A stretch of 64,000 nucleotides of DNA from NCBI GenBank assembly GCA_963669175.1, contig OY769902.1, positions 448,001-512,000 on the forward strand. Direction: 5' to 3'. This DNA comes from a bacterium. GTDB lineage: Bacteria > Electryoneota > Electryoneia > Electryoneales > Electryoneaceae. The notes beneath the pieces were generated by a model that saw nothing but the letters and a program-made list of their open reading frames with translations, was not told the DNA's origin and did no database searches. The translations under genes and the position numbers were made by a program. The stretch's first letter is position 1, and every line of letters begins with the position of its first letter. Positions 20,801-29,998 of the stretch are shown one piece after another.

Positions 20801-21652
20801 CATCTTGGACACGGTTTTGAACCCGAACAAGCCCTTGTTCTGGGTAGAAAGTGTGGCAAGCTGGGTTCCCGGCAGGGACATGCTCACGTTACCGGCTTCG
20901 ATTGACTGGATGATTTCATCCTCTTTGCCGGTATAGGTCAGTTTGATCGCGTTTTCAAACTCGAACAGACGTTCCGAGTCCTGGTCTATTTCAACCGATA
21001 CCTTGTCGCCAACCTTGCCGACAATGTGGAACTGCTGTGTCTGGTTGATGTTGAACTGGGTTCGTTGCTGATCTGATTCGGTAGACAGAATTTCATCGGA
21101 TTTTTCACTTCTGACACTACCATCAATGGTGATATGCCCGGTGACATTGAGCGCAACACGATCCCCGCCAAAAATCCTTCTGAATGTCTGGCTCTTGATT
21201 TTAAACGGAACCTGGATTTCAATGCCCTTGCCATCGCTTTCGGGGGTTGGCTCATAGATCTCCTTGAAGAAGATATCCTGCAAGCCTTTATTTCGGGCAT
21301 GATTGATCCTGTACCAGCGCCAGTCTTCCGGTGAGTACACCTTTTCCGGCCCATAGGCGCGTCCAAAGATTTTCCGTTGGGAAACCCAGTATCCCGACGA
21401 GGAATCGAATTCTGTTTCGATCTTATAGAGCGCTGCTTCATGGTTCAACCACGCCAGTGAATCACAGGCGTATAGTCCCATGGGCTTAGCATCGCGGAGG
21501 TTGGCTTCGGGATCGAAGTCGTTGGGAATGGGCATAGAGAGGCCTAGCCCGACCTGCGCCGGGGCTGGTCCGGAAAAGATAAGCAGGAGTAGGCAGAGAA
21601 CGGCGCTGCCTACACTGACCTCATGTCGTATCGTGGTTCTGCGAACCGTCAA
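14873..21652 (-). CDS. sprA: SprA/Sov-type type IX secretion outer-membrane translocon
   Basis: 2259 aa. Motifs GKVGDKVSVEIDQDSERLFEFENAIKLTYTGKEDEIIQSIEAGNVS, GLFGFK, DYTIDYLSG, AYIDDFE, DLGEISED-like DMGEISEDVIPN, WRLIRIP and VWADELRL; amphipathic beta-strand C-terminus. Confidence 0.92.
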   Translation of the reverse strand: MTVRRTTIRHEVSVGSAVLCLLLLIFSGPAPAQVGLGLSMPIPNDFDPEANLRDAKPMGLYACDSLAWLNHEAALYKIETEFDSSSGYWVSQRKIFGRAYGPEKVYSPEDWRWYRINHARNKGLQDIFFKEIYEPTPESDGKGIEIQVPFKIKSQTFRRIFGGDRVALNVTGHITIDGSVRSEKSDEILSTESDQQRTQFNINQTQQFHIVGKVGDKVSVEIDQDSERLFEFENAIKLTYTGKEDEIIQSIEAGNVSMSLPGTQLATLSTQNKGLFGFKTVSKMGPLTVTTITSLQKGEKNKKTIQGGAEKQTVTIYDKDYEKNRYFFLDPYFREEFPNYGSQYQHIATGVSISELEVYRTANLTSGDLTNFYECFATFENSDRYASLNAEQVRIALDSLKASQEEQDNRMSKSGFFRLLEENVDYTYEKDLGLIRLNITASDEDVIAVAYRLNAPIPGSATQSRVYGTMGLTENYRILRLIKAESQLPSDTTWVLALQNVYSLGTRDLDPDDFTFTIKRNTSGDVEVNPKTKNPWIQDLGLDNVNQDGGQVPDGLLDMVWLNAQYGEIIFPDLTPFNPSGYTVSDVAKSSYDNLVSASDTLLNANIYTYSGSGQQPSSLFKMIAEYSSVSATYSLGFNILEESEEVLLNGSKLKRNIDYTIDYLSGTLTILNEAAFDQSANLEISYESGEIFQLDRRTMIGVRLEYALWEDSFIGGTFLYYNEKPLDQRVKVGNEPTRNVIWDMNARLRFRPYFMTQMVNAIPLLETDEPSELTFEGEIAQVFPNPNSLNNESTGDPDGVAYIDDFEAAKRITPFSIMRKGWFPASFPREIPHHSPTSFDARGKLSWYNPRLRIPIKDIWPNRDVNSNVAQDAHILTLEYTPGVNNFRDPEIPAKDTWNGIMRYLSAGYWDQTETRFIELTMKWAAGGTDAVLYIDMGEISEDVIPNNALNTEDKPLENLPIGDGILDDDEDTGIDGMEKGDPPDSLNVNNYDFALKTYDWWDLNGDGEHSPDEPFSVDDWNYTYGTDNYTKINGTQGNLLEEGGRIPDTEDLTGDNQLATSNNFYRYRFRLNDLEDYNKYIAGGIDNEKGWRLIRIPMEDFDSTLTMGDPDFTQIKFVRVWLTDCTSRSVVHLAQFELVGNLWLEDPIITATGDTTVYMTTATVNTHDNEGVYYEPPGVAGEVDPVTDIRSKEQSLEIQIKDFPTNAEGQVIRTLYRSMDLREYKQLKMFVNGGGADRELFEQYDLHFFLRFGYGFKAPNKDYYEYSAPLEPGWADNQIVIDLDRLSTLRLAAQQSGNNMAYEVLANGATIKVVGSPSLGKIDAYAIGLRNFGRPIRETDEVVVWADELRLSGVRKESGMAMRGSVDASFSDFMDLHMDLSQKDANFHQVDKRLGSNQSDISLNTNGSLALNKFLDPNLGISLPVRFTANTSLSIPKYTESNGDILIESITDEGTINIWEQFGRFAYSRDHLKDKYMYDADGDIIRDSTGTPRQDLDAWGIDTLFTTSQQYSWGSSFSKSKKSSNPVLRYTVDNISLRADHKQNYTTSPTYQYQKTFSSNASVSYNLPFEQADLRIFKWTEKMPFLNRLSDTRFNYWPSKIAFSLDGSETRKSDKYRNSTLRPSYAASIKRSFSTGIRPFQSFSIDYSYNVDSKYAREDSTRQSIIYSAQPDVSTVNASLADDDPTNNINYTLKMDYYAPGTSDETIIDSTLTRLENMYADGNLEARSLQQDIEKMLDPPDGGNPEADAIIVQFIYDQLEIKGWIEQYGFKRPWERISSDDPLYKEIFWEAGNLPFVDTQKQQRISGNWNPELISWLTTGSNYSTTYTWSWPSFSYGSRTVSSNNSLGANMTFRLRSLLGTERGGRDRGRDRGRDRGGRDRGPSPDGFGRTDAERGEEPGRDREEKADDEAKGLGISPMKALRFITSRIQDPSFNYTQNLSFSNPTVKPGEASWDYMLGFTGDPGLDQVPGFTSVATSQRSDNYRLSSGIDWTTRISSGLSYDIRKQKSSGNNVTGSQEHSAFFIMDDDGVTPIPLNLPNWTFRWGGIEQIGPLSNFAQSISFEHSYTGRFSQNWEMQTRQVTIDDSTYDVYGKYITQESFEKGFSPLAGINITWKYQISTSIRYNWSQRIGVTPSSKGRSRDTNSSVSFNASYTRKTGFRIPLPIWPFKNRRFDNETTFSTLFDYSEQQGETSQDDADFTETRSNISWSITPSVKYSFSRTVTGGIRYKFGLTRGRGIPSTTYQEFGLNVDISIRG

Positions 21653-21812
21653 AGCAGAGTCCTTGTCAACCGGATCTCGTGTTCCCTTAGATCAAAGCGA
21701 CGCTAAGCACACTCCTTCAGTTCGACTTGTGCTTCCTGCAGGAAGGATATTATATGGATAACGACGTTGAACATACCCTGACTGTCTTTCACAGTTTTTA
21801 CCGCCACCGTTG

Positions 21813-23831
21813 CTACCGCTTACGTACACGTCCCATGGAACGAAGAGGTTTCACACCTGAAGAAGTTGACTCCGACTGAGCAGGAGTATCACCTGCCGCA
21901 GGGGAACTCTCAACCTGATCAAACTTCATCACACTCTGCTTATCGAGTGGTGGCGTGGACGGCTCCTTCTTATCCGGGCTCGCATCAACGCTGGTAGTCT
22001 TACGGTTTTCAGGGGAACCGGGTTCCCGTTGCGCGGAACCTGTCTCGCCAGCCGGAACTGGTGTCTCCTTGACCGCCGCGGGCTCTTTGGGCGCTGCTGG
22101 TGAAGTTGTTTTAGTCTCACTGGTCGCACTGGAAGAGGAAGCAACTTCTTCAGTTTTCTTTGCTCTGGCTGTCTTTGTCCGGGGTGATGTCTTCCGCGCT
22201 GTTTTCCTGACAGGTTTGGAAGCTTTCACTTTTGGTGCTATATCAGCTTTTACAATTTCATTCACGGGTTCAACTTTGGGCTCTTCTTTCGTTTCATCTT
22301 TCTTTTCATCGACCTTCTTTTCAGATTGTTTTACTGCTGTTGATTTTTTCGTCGCCCGTTTCCGGGTTGTGGTGGTCCTGGATTTTGCTGTCTTCTTTAC
22401 CGGTTCCTCTTCCGTCTTAACCTCGGCCGGTTTTGTATCCTCGGTGACCTTCACCTCGGCGGTTTTTACCTCGGTTGTTGTTTCCTTGTCTGACGTTTTG
22501 CTGGTCGATCTGGTCGCTCTGCGAGGCTTCCGTGCCGGAGTTTTCTTTACGGGCTTTGAAACAGCCATGGATTCTTCTTTTTCAGATTTTTCCGTCTCTT
22601 TTCCCGGCTCAACCTTGCTTTCTGCCTTCTTCTCGGTTGTGTCAGCCTTCTTTGATTCTGCCGCTGGTTTCGGAGCCTTTTTCGGTTCCGGTTTCTTTGC
22701 GGGTTCCAGGGTCGTGATTTTTGACTGCTCTTGGGGCGCTGCTTCTATCTCGGGCTTCTGAGTTTGGGGTTCTGCCGGCGGCGTTTTTACAGGTTTATCT
22801 TCCCCACGCCTGCTCCGGGCTTCCTCTTCCGCATCCTTTGCACTTTTCGTGGATACTCGCTTGGCAGCAGGTTTGGGCGCAAACAGACGTTCCTTCCGCA
22901 TAGGTGTGGATCCTGCCTTGCCCATACGAACCGGATGGTCCTGATCTATCGCCGGTCCTGCCTGTGTACCAGGCGTCACTGCTTCCCGCTGAACCAGTAA
23001 ACTTGGCCCTTTTGCGGCCGATGGCGTGGCGCCACCGGATGATTGCGCGAACGACCCCGCTTCACCATTGTAGGTGCCAAATCCCGTAATCACCGGAGTC
23101 CCGCCACTCTTGGGGTCACGCACCAGGCCGACAAGCCCAAAACCTGCCGCATCTTCCAGCAGGTTCGAGAATGTATTGTAGCCATACCGCTGTTCGTTGA
23201 ACGATGGATGTTTCCTGCGGATGGCATCCTTCACCAGGCTACCCCATAAAACATCCTTATTCTCACGCATCAACGAAGCAATGGAATCGAGCAACAGGGT
23301 AAACGCTTCCTGCTGTCGCCGTGTAAGACCTGGTGGTAACGGTGGACGATTGGACGGCAAATCAACAAGATCTTCGTAGAACAGGAACTCGTCGCAATTG
23401 TCCGCTAATAAATGGCTGGTCGAACCGCGCAGACCAAAACCGATTACCTGCTTATCATTTTCTTTTAACTTTGACACCAGCGGAGAAAAATCGCTGTCCC
23501 CTGAACCAATGACAAACGTGTCAATGTGTTCTTTGGTATAACACAAGTCCAGCGCATCCACCACCAGCCGAATATCCGCTGAATTCTTTCCGATTGATCG
23601 CCGCATCGGGATATCAATCATCTCGATACCGGCTTCGTGCAATGGCTGCTTGTGCGTCGTAAACAGGCTCCAGTCAGCATAAGCCCGTTTGAAAATGATC
23701 CTGCCCTTGTCTAAAAGGCGACGCATCACGCGGTTGACATCAAATACCTGGCTCCCGGCGTCTTTCAACCCAATCGCGATATTATCGTAATCTATGAACA
23801 GGGCTATCTTTGGTTCTGAGTCTTTTAGCAT
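21813..23831 (-). CDS. NYN-domain ribonuclease with OST-HTH/LOTUS domain and a long K/T/E/A/P-rich disordered tail
   Basis: ALFIDYDN, KNSADIRLVVDA, SGDSDFSPL, CDEF; LOTUS-like PSFNEQRYGYNTFSNLL; GAGGAG RBS before ATG 23831. Confidence 0.9.
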   Translation of the reverse strand: MLKDSEPKIALFIDYDNIAIGLKDAGSQVFDVNRVMRRLLDKGRIIFKRAYADWSLFTTHKQPLHEAGIEMIDIPMRRSIGKNSADIRLVVDALDLCYTKEHIDTFVIGSGDSDFSPLVSKLKENDKQVIGFGLRGSTSHLLADNCDEFLFYEDLVDLPSNRPPLPPGLTRRQQEAFTLLLDSIASLMRENKDVLWGSLVKDAIRRKHPSFNEQRYGYNTFSNLLEDAAGFGLVGLVRDPKSGGTPVITGFGTYNGEAGSFAQSSGGATPSAAKGPSLLVQREAVTPGTQAGPAIDQDHPVRMGKAGSTPMRKERLFAPKPAAKRVSTKSAKDAEEEARSRRGEDKPVKTPPAEPQTQKPEIEAAPQEQSKITTLEPAKKPEPKKAPKPAAESKKADTTEKKAESKVEPGKETEKSEKEESMAVSKPVKKTPARKPRRATRSTSKTSDKETTTEVKTAEVKVTEDTKPAEVKTEEEPVKKTAKSRTTTTRKRATKKSTAVKQSEKKVDEKKDETKEEPKVEPVNEIVKADIAPKVKASKPVRKTARKTSPRTKTARAKKTEEVASSSSATSETKTTSPAAPKEPAAVKETPVPAGETGSAQREPGSPENRKTTSVDASPDKKEPSTPPLDKQSVMKFDQVESSPAAGDTPAQSESTSSGVKPLRSMGRVRKR

Positions 23832-24065
23832 TCGCTCCTCAATAAAACCGCCCGCACAACCGCGGGCCATGAACAATCCTCTAAACTTGTTAATATATTC
23901 AGGCTGTGCAGTAAATGGCAACTCGAAAAACACACTGTTCTCAACATAACCAACCGCTTCTTGTCCCGGTAATTGCCCTACACTACTCCCCATTGTGTGG
24001 TTTTCCGAAATCCATGTTGTATTTTGTAAAGTTGGGGTGTTTGTTTCCTTTTCCGGAGGTTGGTA

Positions 24066-27000
24066 ATGGTCCGCTTACGATTCGCATTCTTGTTCCTGGG
24101 ATTATTCTGTATCTCGATGGCCAGCGCACAGCCCTGGCTGCAATCATACCATGAAAAAGGCATTCAGCCGACTTTCAAGCAGCAGCAGGACGCTTTTTAC
24201 CAGTATTTCGGTGATACGATTGGCAAAAAAGGCAGCGGCTGGAAACAGTTCAAGCGTATTGAATGGTTCCAGGAGAATCGTGTTAATGAACAGGGTTTCA
24301 TGAACAGCCGTGGACTGATTGACGGCTGGCGTGAGTGGAATGAAACCTTCGGGGCGCGTTCCTTTGGGGATGGACTGGATGAGTCCGCCTGGACCAGCAT
24401 CGGCCCGACCCTGACCCAACCCTACTATGTGGGTGGGCTTGGCCGTTTGAACGCAATAGAATTTCACCCGACCAACCCGGATATCATTTACGTTGGCGCA
24501 GCCTCCGGGGGAGTCTGGAAAACCTTGAATCACGGCCAGACCTGGACCCATCTCACGGAAGAACTCCCCCTCTTGGGCGTTGCTGAAATCGTGGTTAATC
24601 CTGAAGATCCGGATATTGTCTACCTTGCTTCCGGCGACCGTGACGCCAGCGACACCTATTCGCTCGGCGTGTTGAAATCTGAGGATGGCGGCCTGACCTG
24701 GAATGAAACCGGGCTCTCCTACGAGGTCGGCGAATTCGGCATGATCAACGGGCTGCAAATGAGTTCGGAAGACACTGATCTGCTTGTCACGGCCACAAAT
24801 GCCGGTATCTATCGTACCACCAATGGCGGAGACTCCTGGACTCTGGAAATGGCCGGAACGAATTTCAAGGAAATCGATGCTCACCCAACAGATGGCGATA
24901 TCTTCCTTGCCTGCCGAACCAGCGAGGGCATCTATCGATCCACCAACGGTGGCGATAGCTGGACAGAGCTTACAAACGGCCTGCCGGGCGATGGGTTCAG
25001 TCGTATTACACTGGATTATTCGGAAGCCGATCCGGATGTGATCTACGCTCTCTATTCATCAGGAAGCACGTTTTATGCTGTTTACAAGAGCGAAGACGGC
25101 GGTGATTCCTGGGAACAGATGGCGACTACTCCCAACCTGCTCGGGTACAACCATGACGGCGACGATGATGGCGGACAGGCATGGTATGACCTGACCATAG
25201 CCGCAGATCCCAATGATGTGAACACGGTTTATACCGGCGGGATCAATATCTGGAAATCCACCGACGGTGGCGAAACCTTTGAAATCAATTCCCACTGGTG
25301 GGGTGATCGTGTTGAACTGGTGCATGCCGACCAGCATTGCCTGGACACCAATGGTGATGTTGTCTATGCCTGCCATGACGGTGGCATCAACTACACGACG
25401 AACGGCGGCGCAACCTGGACAGACATCACGGACGGCCTGGTTATCACCCAGAGTTATTGTATGGGGATGTTCGCCGGTGGTGACACCCCGGACCAGACCC
25501 TGATCGGTAATCAGGACAACGGGACCAACCTGCTCCGTTATGACGAATGGACCAGCGAGCTTGGCGGTGACGGTATGGAATGCGCCGTCCACCCGACCAA
25601 CCCCGATACCATGTACGGAGAACTTTATTACGGCAGCATGTCGCGGACTTTCGATGGCGGTGAAACCTGGGAAGACTGTAACAACGGCGCTGACACTAAC
25701 GGCCCCTGGGTCACACCGTTCATCATTGACCCGGATAACCCTTCTACTCTATACAAAGGAACCAGTAGTATATACAGGAGCACCGACAATGCGTCAACCT
25801 GGGAAGATGTAACCGGTTATCTTGGCTACGTCTACAATCTCGCCCTGGCGCCTTCAAACACTGACATCATTTATGCGAGCGATCATAGCAGTCACTTCTA
25901 CTCAAGCAGTAATGGCGGGAACACCTGGGAAACACAGACCATACCTTCGAGTAATGTGTCCTACCTGGCTGTTGATCCTGAAGATCCAGACATTGTATAT
26001 GCAACGATTGAAAGCTGGAATCCCGGTGTCAAAGTTCTTCGCACTGTAAACGGCGGCTCTACCTGGACGAACATTTCCGGCGATATTCCCAACCTGCCGG
26101 CACATTGTATTGTCGTGCATCCGGATAATCCTGACCATTTGTATGTGGGTATGGAAATCGGTGTTGTGTATTCACCCGATGGTGGCGAAACCTGGGAAGA
26201 CTGGTCTGACGGGTTGCCCAATACTATCGTAACGGAAATGGAACTTCACCAGCCTTCGAATACGCTGGTTTGTTGTACCTTCGGGCGCGGCATGTGGCAA
26301 TCTCCGGCGGAACTGCCCGGCATTGACCCCGAAATCCAGGTTCTGTCTCCCAATGGTGGCGAAGAATTCATGATCGGATTCACCTATGAGCTTTCCTGGA
26401 ACAGCACGGCGATCTATAGCAACGTAAGCATTGAAATCAATGATGATTATCCGGATGGCGACTGGGAAACCATTGTCGCTTCAACCGAGAATGATGGCTC
26501 TTATGACTGGACAGTTGAAGGCAATGCAACTGATAATGCCCGCATTCGCATATCTACTGTCAGCATGGATCCGCAAGTCAGCGATGTGTCCAACGCTTCT
26601 TTTTCGCTGATCAATCCGTCGCTTCATCTTACACGACCCAACGGGGGCGAGACCTGCTATCTTGGGTATGAATACGACATCACTTGGGAATCCAGCGGCG
26701 TGGAGGGCAGTTTGCGCATTCAGTTACGGCGTGAACCGGGGGGTGATTGGGAGACTCTGTTTGATGACCTCCAGGATACGGGGCTGATCGGCTGGACCCC
26801 GGAAGGTGATGAAGCAGAAGAGGCTACTATCCGGATCAGCGCCGTTGACATGAATCCGATCCTGATTGATGAGAGTAATACTACGTTCAGTATTGTCGAT
26901 CCGCACCTGGCCATAGCGCAGCCGAACGGTGGCGAAGAGTGGACCATCGGATCAACCTACTCCGTCATTTTCGATGACAACCTGGGGGAATCCATTTCTA

Positions 27001-27761
27001 TCCTGTTGTTCCGCGATGGCGAACAGGTTCGCACCATTGTAGGTTCTGCTCCCAGCGAGTTTATCTACGAGTGGGCTATCCCGGAAAACCTGCGCCCGGA
27101 TAGCATGTACACTGTTCGTATCAGCAGCACCCTGTATCCGGGAATTCAGGCCAACAGCGCGGCGCCCTTCAGTTTGATTCTTGAACGGCCGGTTCCCCTT
27201 GAGCCGCCTGATGGTGAGGTTATTGTCGCCCAGCCGGTTCATATAGAATGGTCCACCCCACTCGCGGCCAATACCTATAACGTACAGGTGGCGTACGATT
27301 CCCTGTTCACAGACATGTTCGCCGACCTCTCTGTGTCGCAGAACTATGTCAATGCCCAGAATCTGGACAGTGACCGGACATTTTACTGGCGGGTCAAATC
27401 GCTGAATACCGCCGGTGGAAGCAGTGAATGGTCTGATACCTGGAGCTTCAGCACGGGGTTGAATGTTGACGACCGTCAGTTCAGCGGGATGCCGGAAACC
27501 TACAGCCTGGCCGGCGCCTATCCGAACCCGTTCAATCCGACCAACACCATTGTTGTGGCGCTTCCCGAACACGCACGTCTGAAGGTGCAGGTGTTCAACA
27601 TCAATGGCGAACGTGTTAAAACGCTGGCTTCGGGGCCATTTCCGCCAGGGTATCATCGTTTCATCTTTGATGGCGCCCACTTATCCAGCGGCACCTATTT
27701 CGTCCGGGCAATTGTGCAGGGCAAACTCAACGAAATGGCTCGGATTCAGTTGGTTCGGTAA
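24066..27761 (+). CDS. Secreted BNR/Asp-box beta-propeller protein (VPS10/glycosyl hydrolase-like) with three PNGGE Ig-like repeats, FN3 and C-terminal sorting domain
   Basis: Signal peptide; many S/TxDGGxTW boxes; HADQH; FGRGMW; three PNGGE repeats; YPNPFNP...LSSGTYF CTD. Confidence 0.9.
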   Translation: MVRLRFAFLFLGLFCISMASAQPWLQSYHEKGIQPTFKQQQDAFYQYFGDTIGKKGSGWKQFKRIEWFQENRVNEQGFMNSRGLIDGWREWNETFGARSFGDGLDESAWTSIGPTLTQPYYVGGLGRLNAIEFHPTNPDIIYVGAASGGVWKTLNHGQTWTHLTEELPLLGVAEIVVNPEDPDIVYLASGDRDASDTYSLGVLKSEDGGLTWNETGLSYEVGEFGMINGLQMSSEDTDLLVTATNAGIYRTTNGGDSWTLEMAGTNFKEIDAHPTDGDIFLACRTSEGIYRSTNGGDSWTELTNGLPGDGFSRITLDYSEADPDVIYALYSSGSTFYAVYKSEDGGDSWEQMATTPNLLGYNHDGDDDGGQAWYDLTIAADPNDVNTVYTGGINIWKSTDGGETFEINSHWWGDRVELVHADQHCLDTNGDVVYACHDGGINYTTNGGATWTDITDGLVITQSYCMGMFAGGDTPDQTLIGNQDNGTNLLRYDEWTSELGGDGMECAVHPTNPDTMYGELYYGSMSRTFDGGETWEDCNNGADTNGPWVTPFIIDPDNPSTLYKGTSSIYRSTDNASTWEDVTGYLGYVYNLALAPSNTDIIYASDHSSHFYSSSNGGNTWETQTIPSSNVSYLAVDPEDPDIVYATIESWNPGVKVLRTVNGGSTWTNISGDIPNLPAHCIVVHPDNPDHLYVGMEIGVVYSPDGGETWEDWSDGLPNTIVTEMELHQPSNTLVCCTFGRGMWQSPAELPGIDPEIQVLSPNGGEEFMIGFTYELSWNSTAIYSNVSIEINDDYPDGDWETIVASTENDGSYDWTVEGNATDNARIRISTVSMDPQVSDVSNASFSLINPSLHLTRPNGGETCYLGYEYDITWESSGVEGSLRIQLRREPGGDWETLFDDLQDTGLIGWTPEGDEAEEATIRISAVDMNPILIDESNTTFSIVDPHLAIAQPNGGEEWTIGSTYSVIFDDNLGESISILLFRDGEQVRTIVGSAPSEFIYEWAIPENLRPDSMYTVRISSTLYPGIQANSAAPFSLILERPVPLEPPDGEVIVAQPVHIEWSTPLAANTYNVQVAYDSLFTDMFADLSVSQNYVNAQNLDSDRTFYWRVKSLNTAGGSSEWSDTWSFSTGLNVDDRQFSGMPETYSLAGAYPNPFNPTNTIVVALPEHARLKVQVFNINGERVKTLASGPFPPGYHRFIFDGAHLSSGTYFVRAIVQGKLNEMARIQLVR

Positions 27762-27895
27762 AGACAGGAGAATACTTAACCCCTGGCACTCATGTGACGA
27801 TACTACCAATAAGGGGAAAGCTGGCTGCAGTTATGATTATGTGATAATCGACTACCTTGCACTGGCCAACTTGACTAATCACTCGTGTGGGGAAG

Positions 27896-29977
27896 ATGAT
27901 GGCGTCAAATGGTAGTTTGACTCATGAAGAGCTCTTGGCGGAACTGGCTTGTTTACGGGAGAAACTGGCCGAAGCAGACACTCAGGTAGCTGAACTTCAT
28001 GAAATTCAGCAATGCTTATCCGAATCCCGGGAACTGCTGAACCAGACCGGCAAGCTGGCTCGTGTCGGGGGCTGGGAAATAGACATCCAAACCTGGGATA
28101 TGCTCTGGACCGAAGCGACCAGCCTGATGTATGGCCTGGATGTTGGCTATGTCCCGACTTTCGAGCAGGTAGTATCTTTCTTCACCGAAGAAGACCGTCC
28201 TGTCGTTCGTGAACATGTTCGAAAAGCCATTGAAGAAGGCAAATCCTTCGAGTGTGAATTTCCTGTTTCTACATTAACCGGCCAGCAACTTCGACTCCAT
28301 TTCATGGGCATACCCGTATTCGAAGATGGCGCATGTGTCCGTCTCTGGGGTGTCGTTCAGGATGTTACCAGGCAACGAGACGCAGAAGAGAAGAACCGCG
28401 AAAATGAAGAATTATATCGTCTTATCACCGAAAACGCTCTGGATTTCATCGCAGTAACCAACTCTGAAGGAACCTTCGAATATATCTCACCTTCGGTCCA
28501 CCCCATTTCCGGTTTCACCGTAGAAGAGTACAAGAGGTTTTCAACAGTTGAACGTGTCCACCCCGATGATATTGCCAAAATGATGGAGATCAGGCAGACG
28601 CACAGGGAAGCAATAGAGAAAGGTACCCCTTTTTCCGCCAATGTGGAGTTTCGTGTTCAACATAAAGACGGGCACTGGATCTGGTTACAGGCAAAAACTT
28701 GCACGTTTCCAAGGTTTTCCGGTACTTATGGCTATCACATTTTGTTGGTTGCTCGAGATATTACCGAACAGAAAGAAGCGGAAAAAGAGCGCCTGAAACT
28801 CGAGTCTACTCTTCAGCACGCACAAAAACTGGAAAGTCTTGGCGTACTCGCCGGGGGTATAGCGCACGATTTCAACAATATCCTTGCAGGCATTATCGGC
28901 AATGCAGACCTGGCCCTGATGGAAATGTCCCGTATATCACCTGCCTATGAAATGGTGGAAGATATTGCTCGCGCAGCAGCACATGCAGCAGATCTGACAC
29001 GTCAAATGCTGGCTTATTCAGGTAAAGGACGGTTTGTTGTTGATATCTTGAATATTCAGGACATTATCGAGGAAATGGTCAGCATGATCGAGGTCGCCAT
29101 TTCCCGAAAAGCTGTTGTCCGGTATGAGTTCGCCGATTCGCTGCCTTTGATTGAAGCGGATGCCACCCAGATGCGTCAGGTCATCATGAACCTCGTTACC
29201 AATGCTTCTGAAGCCATTGGCGACAAGAGTGGTGTGATAAGTATCCGGACTGGAGCGGCTTTCCTTGATCAGGAATACCTGGAAGACACCTATTTGAGTG
29301 ATTCCCTGGCCGAGGGAGATTATGTCTTCGTTGAAGTGGCGGACACTGGCTGCGGCATGGATCGGGAAACCCAGCAGAAAATCTTTGACCCCTTCTTTTC
29401 AACGAAGTTCACCGGACGCGGGCTCGGGCTGGCTGCTGTCCTCGGCATTGTTCGTGGACATAATGGCGCGATAAAGATCTACAGCGAACCCGGCAGAGGA
29501 ACCACGATTAAAATTCTGCTCCCGGCAAGTGATAAATCTGTCAATGGCATAAATCATTCTGCCAACGAACAGGACTATTACCAAGGAAGCGGAACGATAT
29601 TACTGGTAGACGATGAAGAGACTGTACGTGCGGTCGGTAAACGAATGCTGATCCGCCTGGGGTTTGAGGTTGTCCTGGCCCGTCACGGCCGTGAGGCAAT
29701 TGAAAAATACCTGGAAAACCCGGATAGCATAACCTGTGTTCTGTTGGACCTGACCATGCCCCATATGGATGGTGAATCAGCCTTCAGGGAGTTCAGACAT
29801 ATCAACTCATCGCTGCCCGTGGTTTTATCAAGCGGCTATAATGAACAGGAAATCAAAAGCCGGTTTGCCGGGAAAGGGCTGGCCGGTTTCATCCAGAAAC
29901 CTTACAAACTCAACGTATTAAGCGATATTCTGAAGAAAGTGCTGAATGGCAACGGGACCGGGAATTTAACCGACTGA
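27896..29977 (+). CDS. PAS-domain hybrid sensor histidine kinase / response regulator (CckA-like)
   Basis: Two PAS domains; GGIAHDFNN H-box; NLVTNA, DTGCGM, FDPFFSTK, GLGL; receiver LLVDDE...LDLTMP. Confidence 0.93.
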   Translation: MMASNGSLTHEELLAELACLREKLAEADTQVAELHEIQQCLSESRELLNQTGKLARVGGWEIDIQTWDMLWTEATSLMYGLDVGYVPTFEQVVSFFTEEDRPVVREHVRKAIEEGKSFECEFPVSTLTGQQLRLHFMGIPVFEDGACVRLWGVVQDVTRQRDAEEKNRENEELYRLITENALDFIAVTNSEGTFEYISPSVHPISGFTVEEYKRFSTVERVHPDDIAKMMEIRQTHREAIEKGTPFSANVEFRVQHKDGHWIWLQAKTCTFPRFSGTYGYHILLVARDITEQKEAEKERLKLESTLQHAQKLESLGVLAGGIAHDFNNILAGIIGNADLALMEMSRISPAYEMVEDIARAAAHAADLTRQMLAYSGKGRFVVDILNIQDIIEEMVSMIEVAISRKAVVRYEFADSLPLIEADATQMRQVIMNLVTNASEAIGDKSGVISIRTGAAFLDQEYLEDTYLSDSLAEGDYVFVEVADTGCGMDRETQQKIFDPFFSTKFTGRGLGLAAVLGIVRGHNGAIKIYSEPGRGTTIKILLPASDKSVNGINHSANEQDYYQGSGTILLVDDEETVRAVGKRMLIRLGFEVVLARHGREAIEKYLENPDSITCVLLDLTMPHMDGESAFREFRHINSSLPVVLSSGYNEQEIKSRFAGKGLAGFIQKPYKLNVLSDILKKVLNGNGTGNLTD

Positions 29978-29998
29978 CCCGGCCGCTTCACTTTCAGG

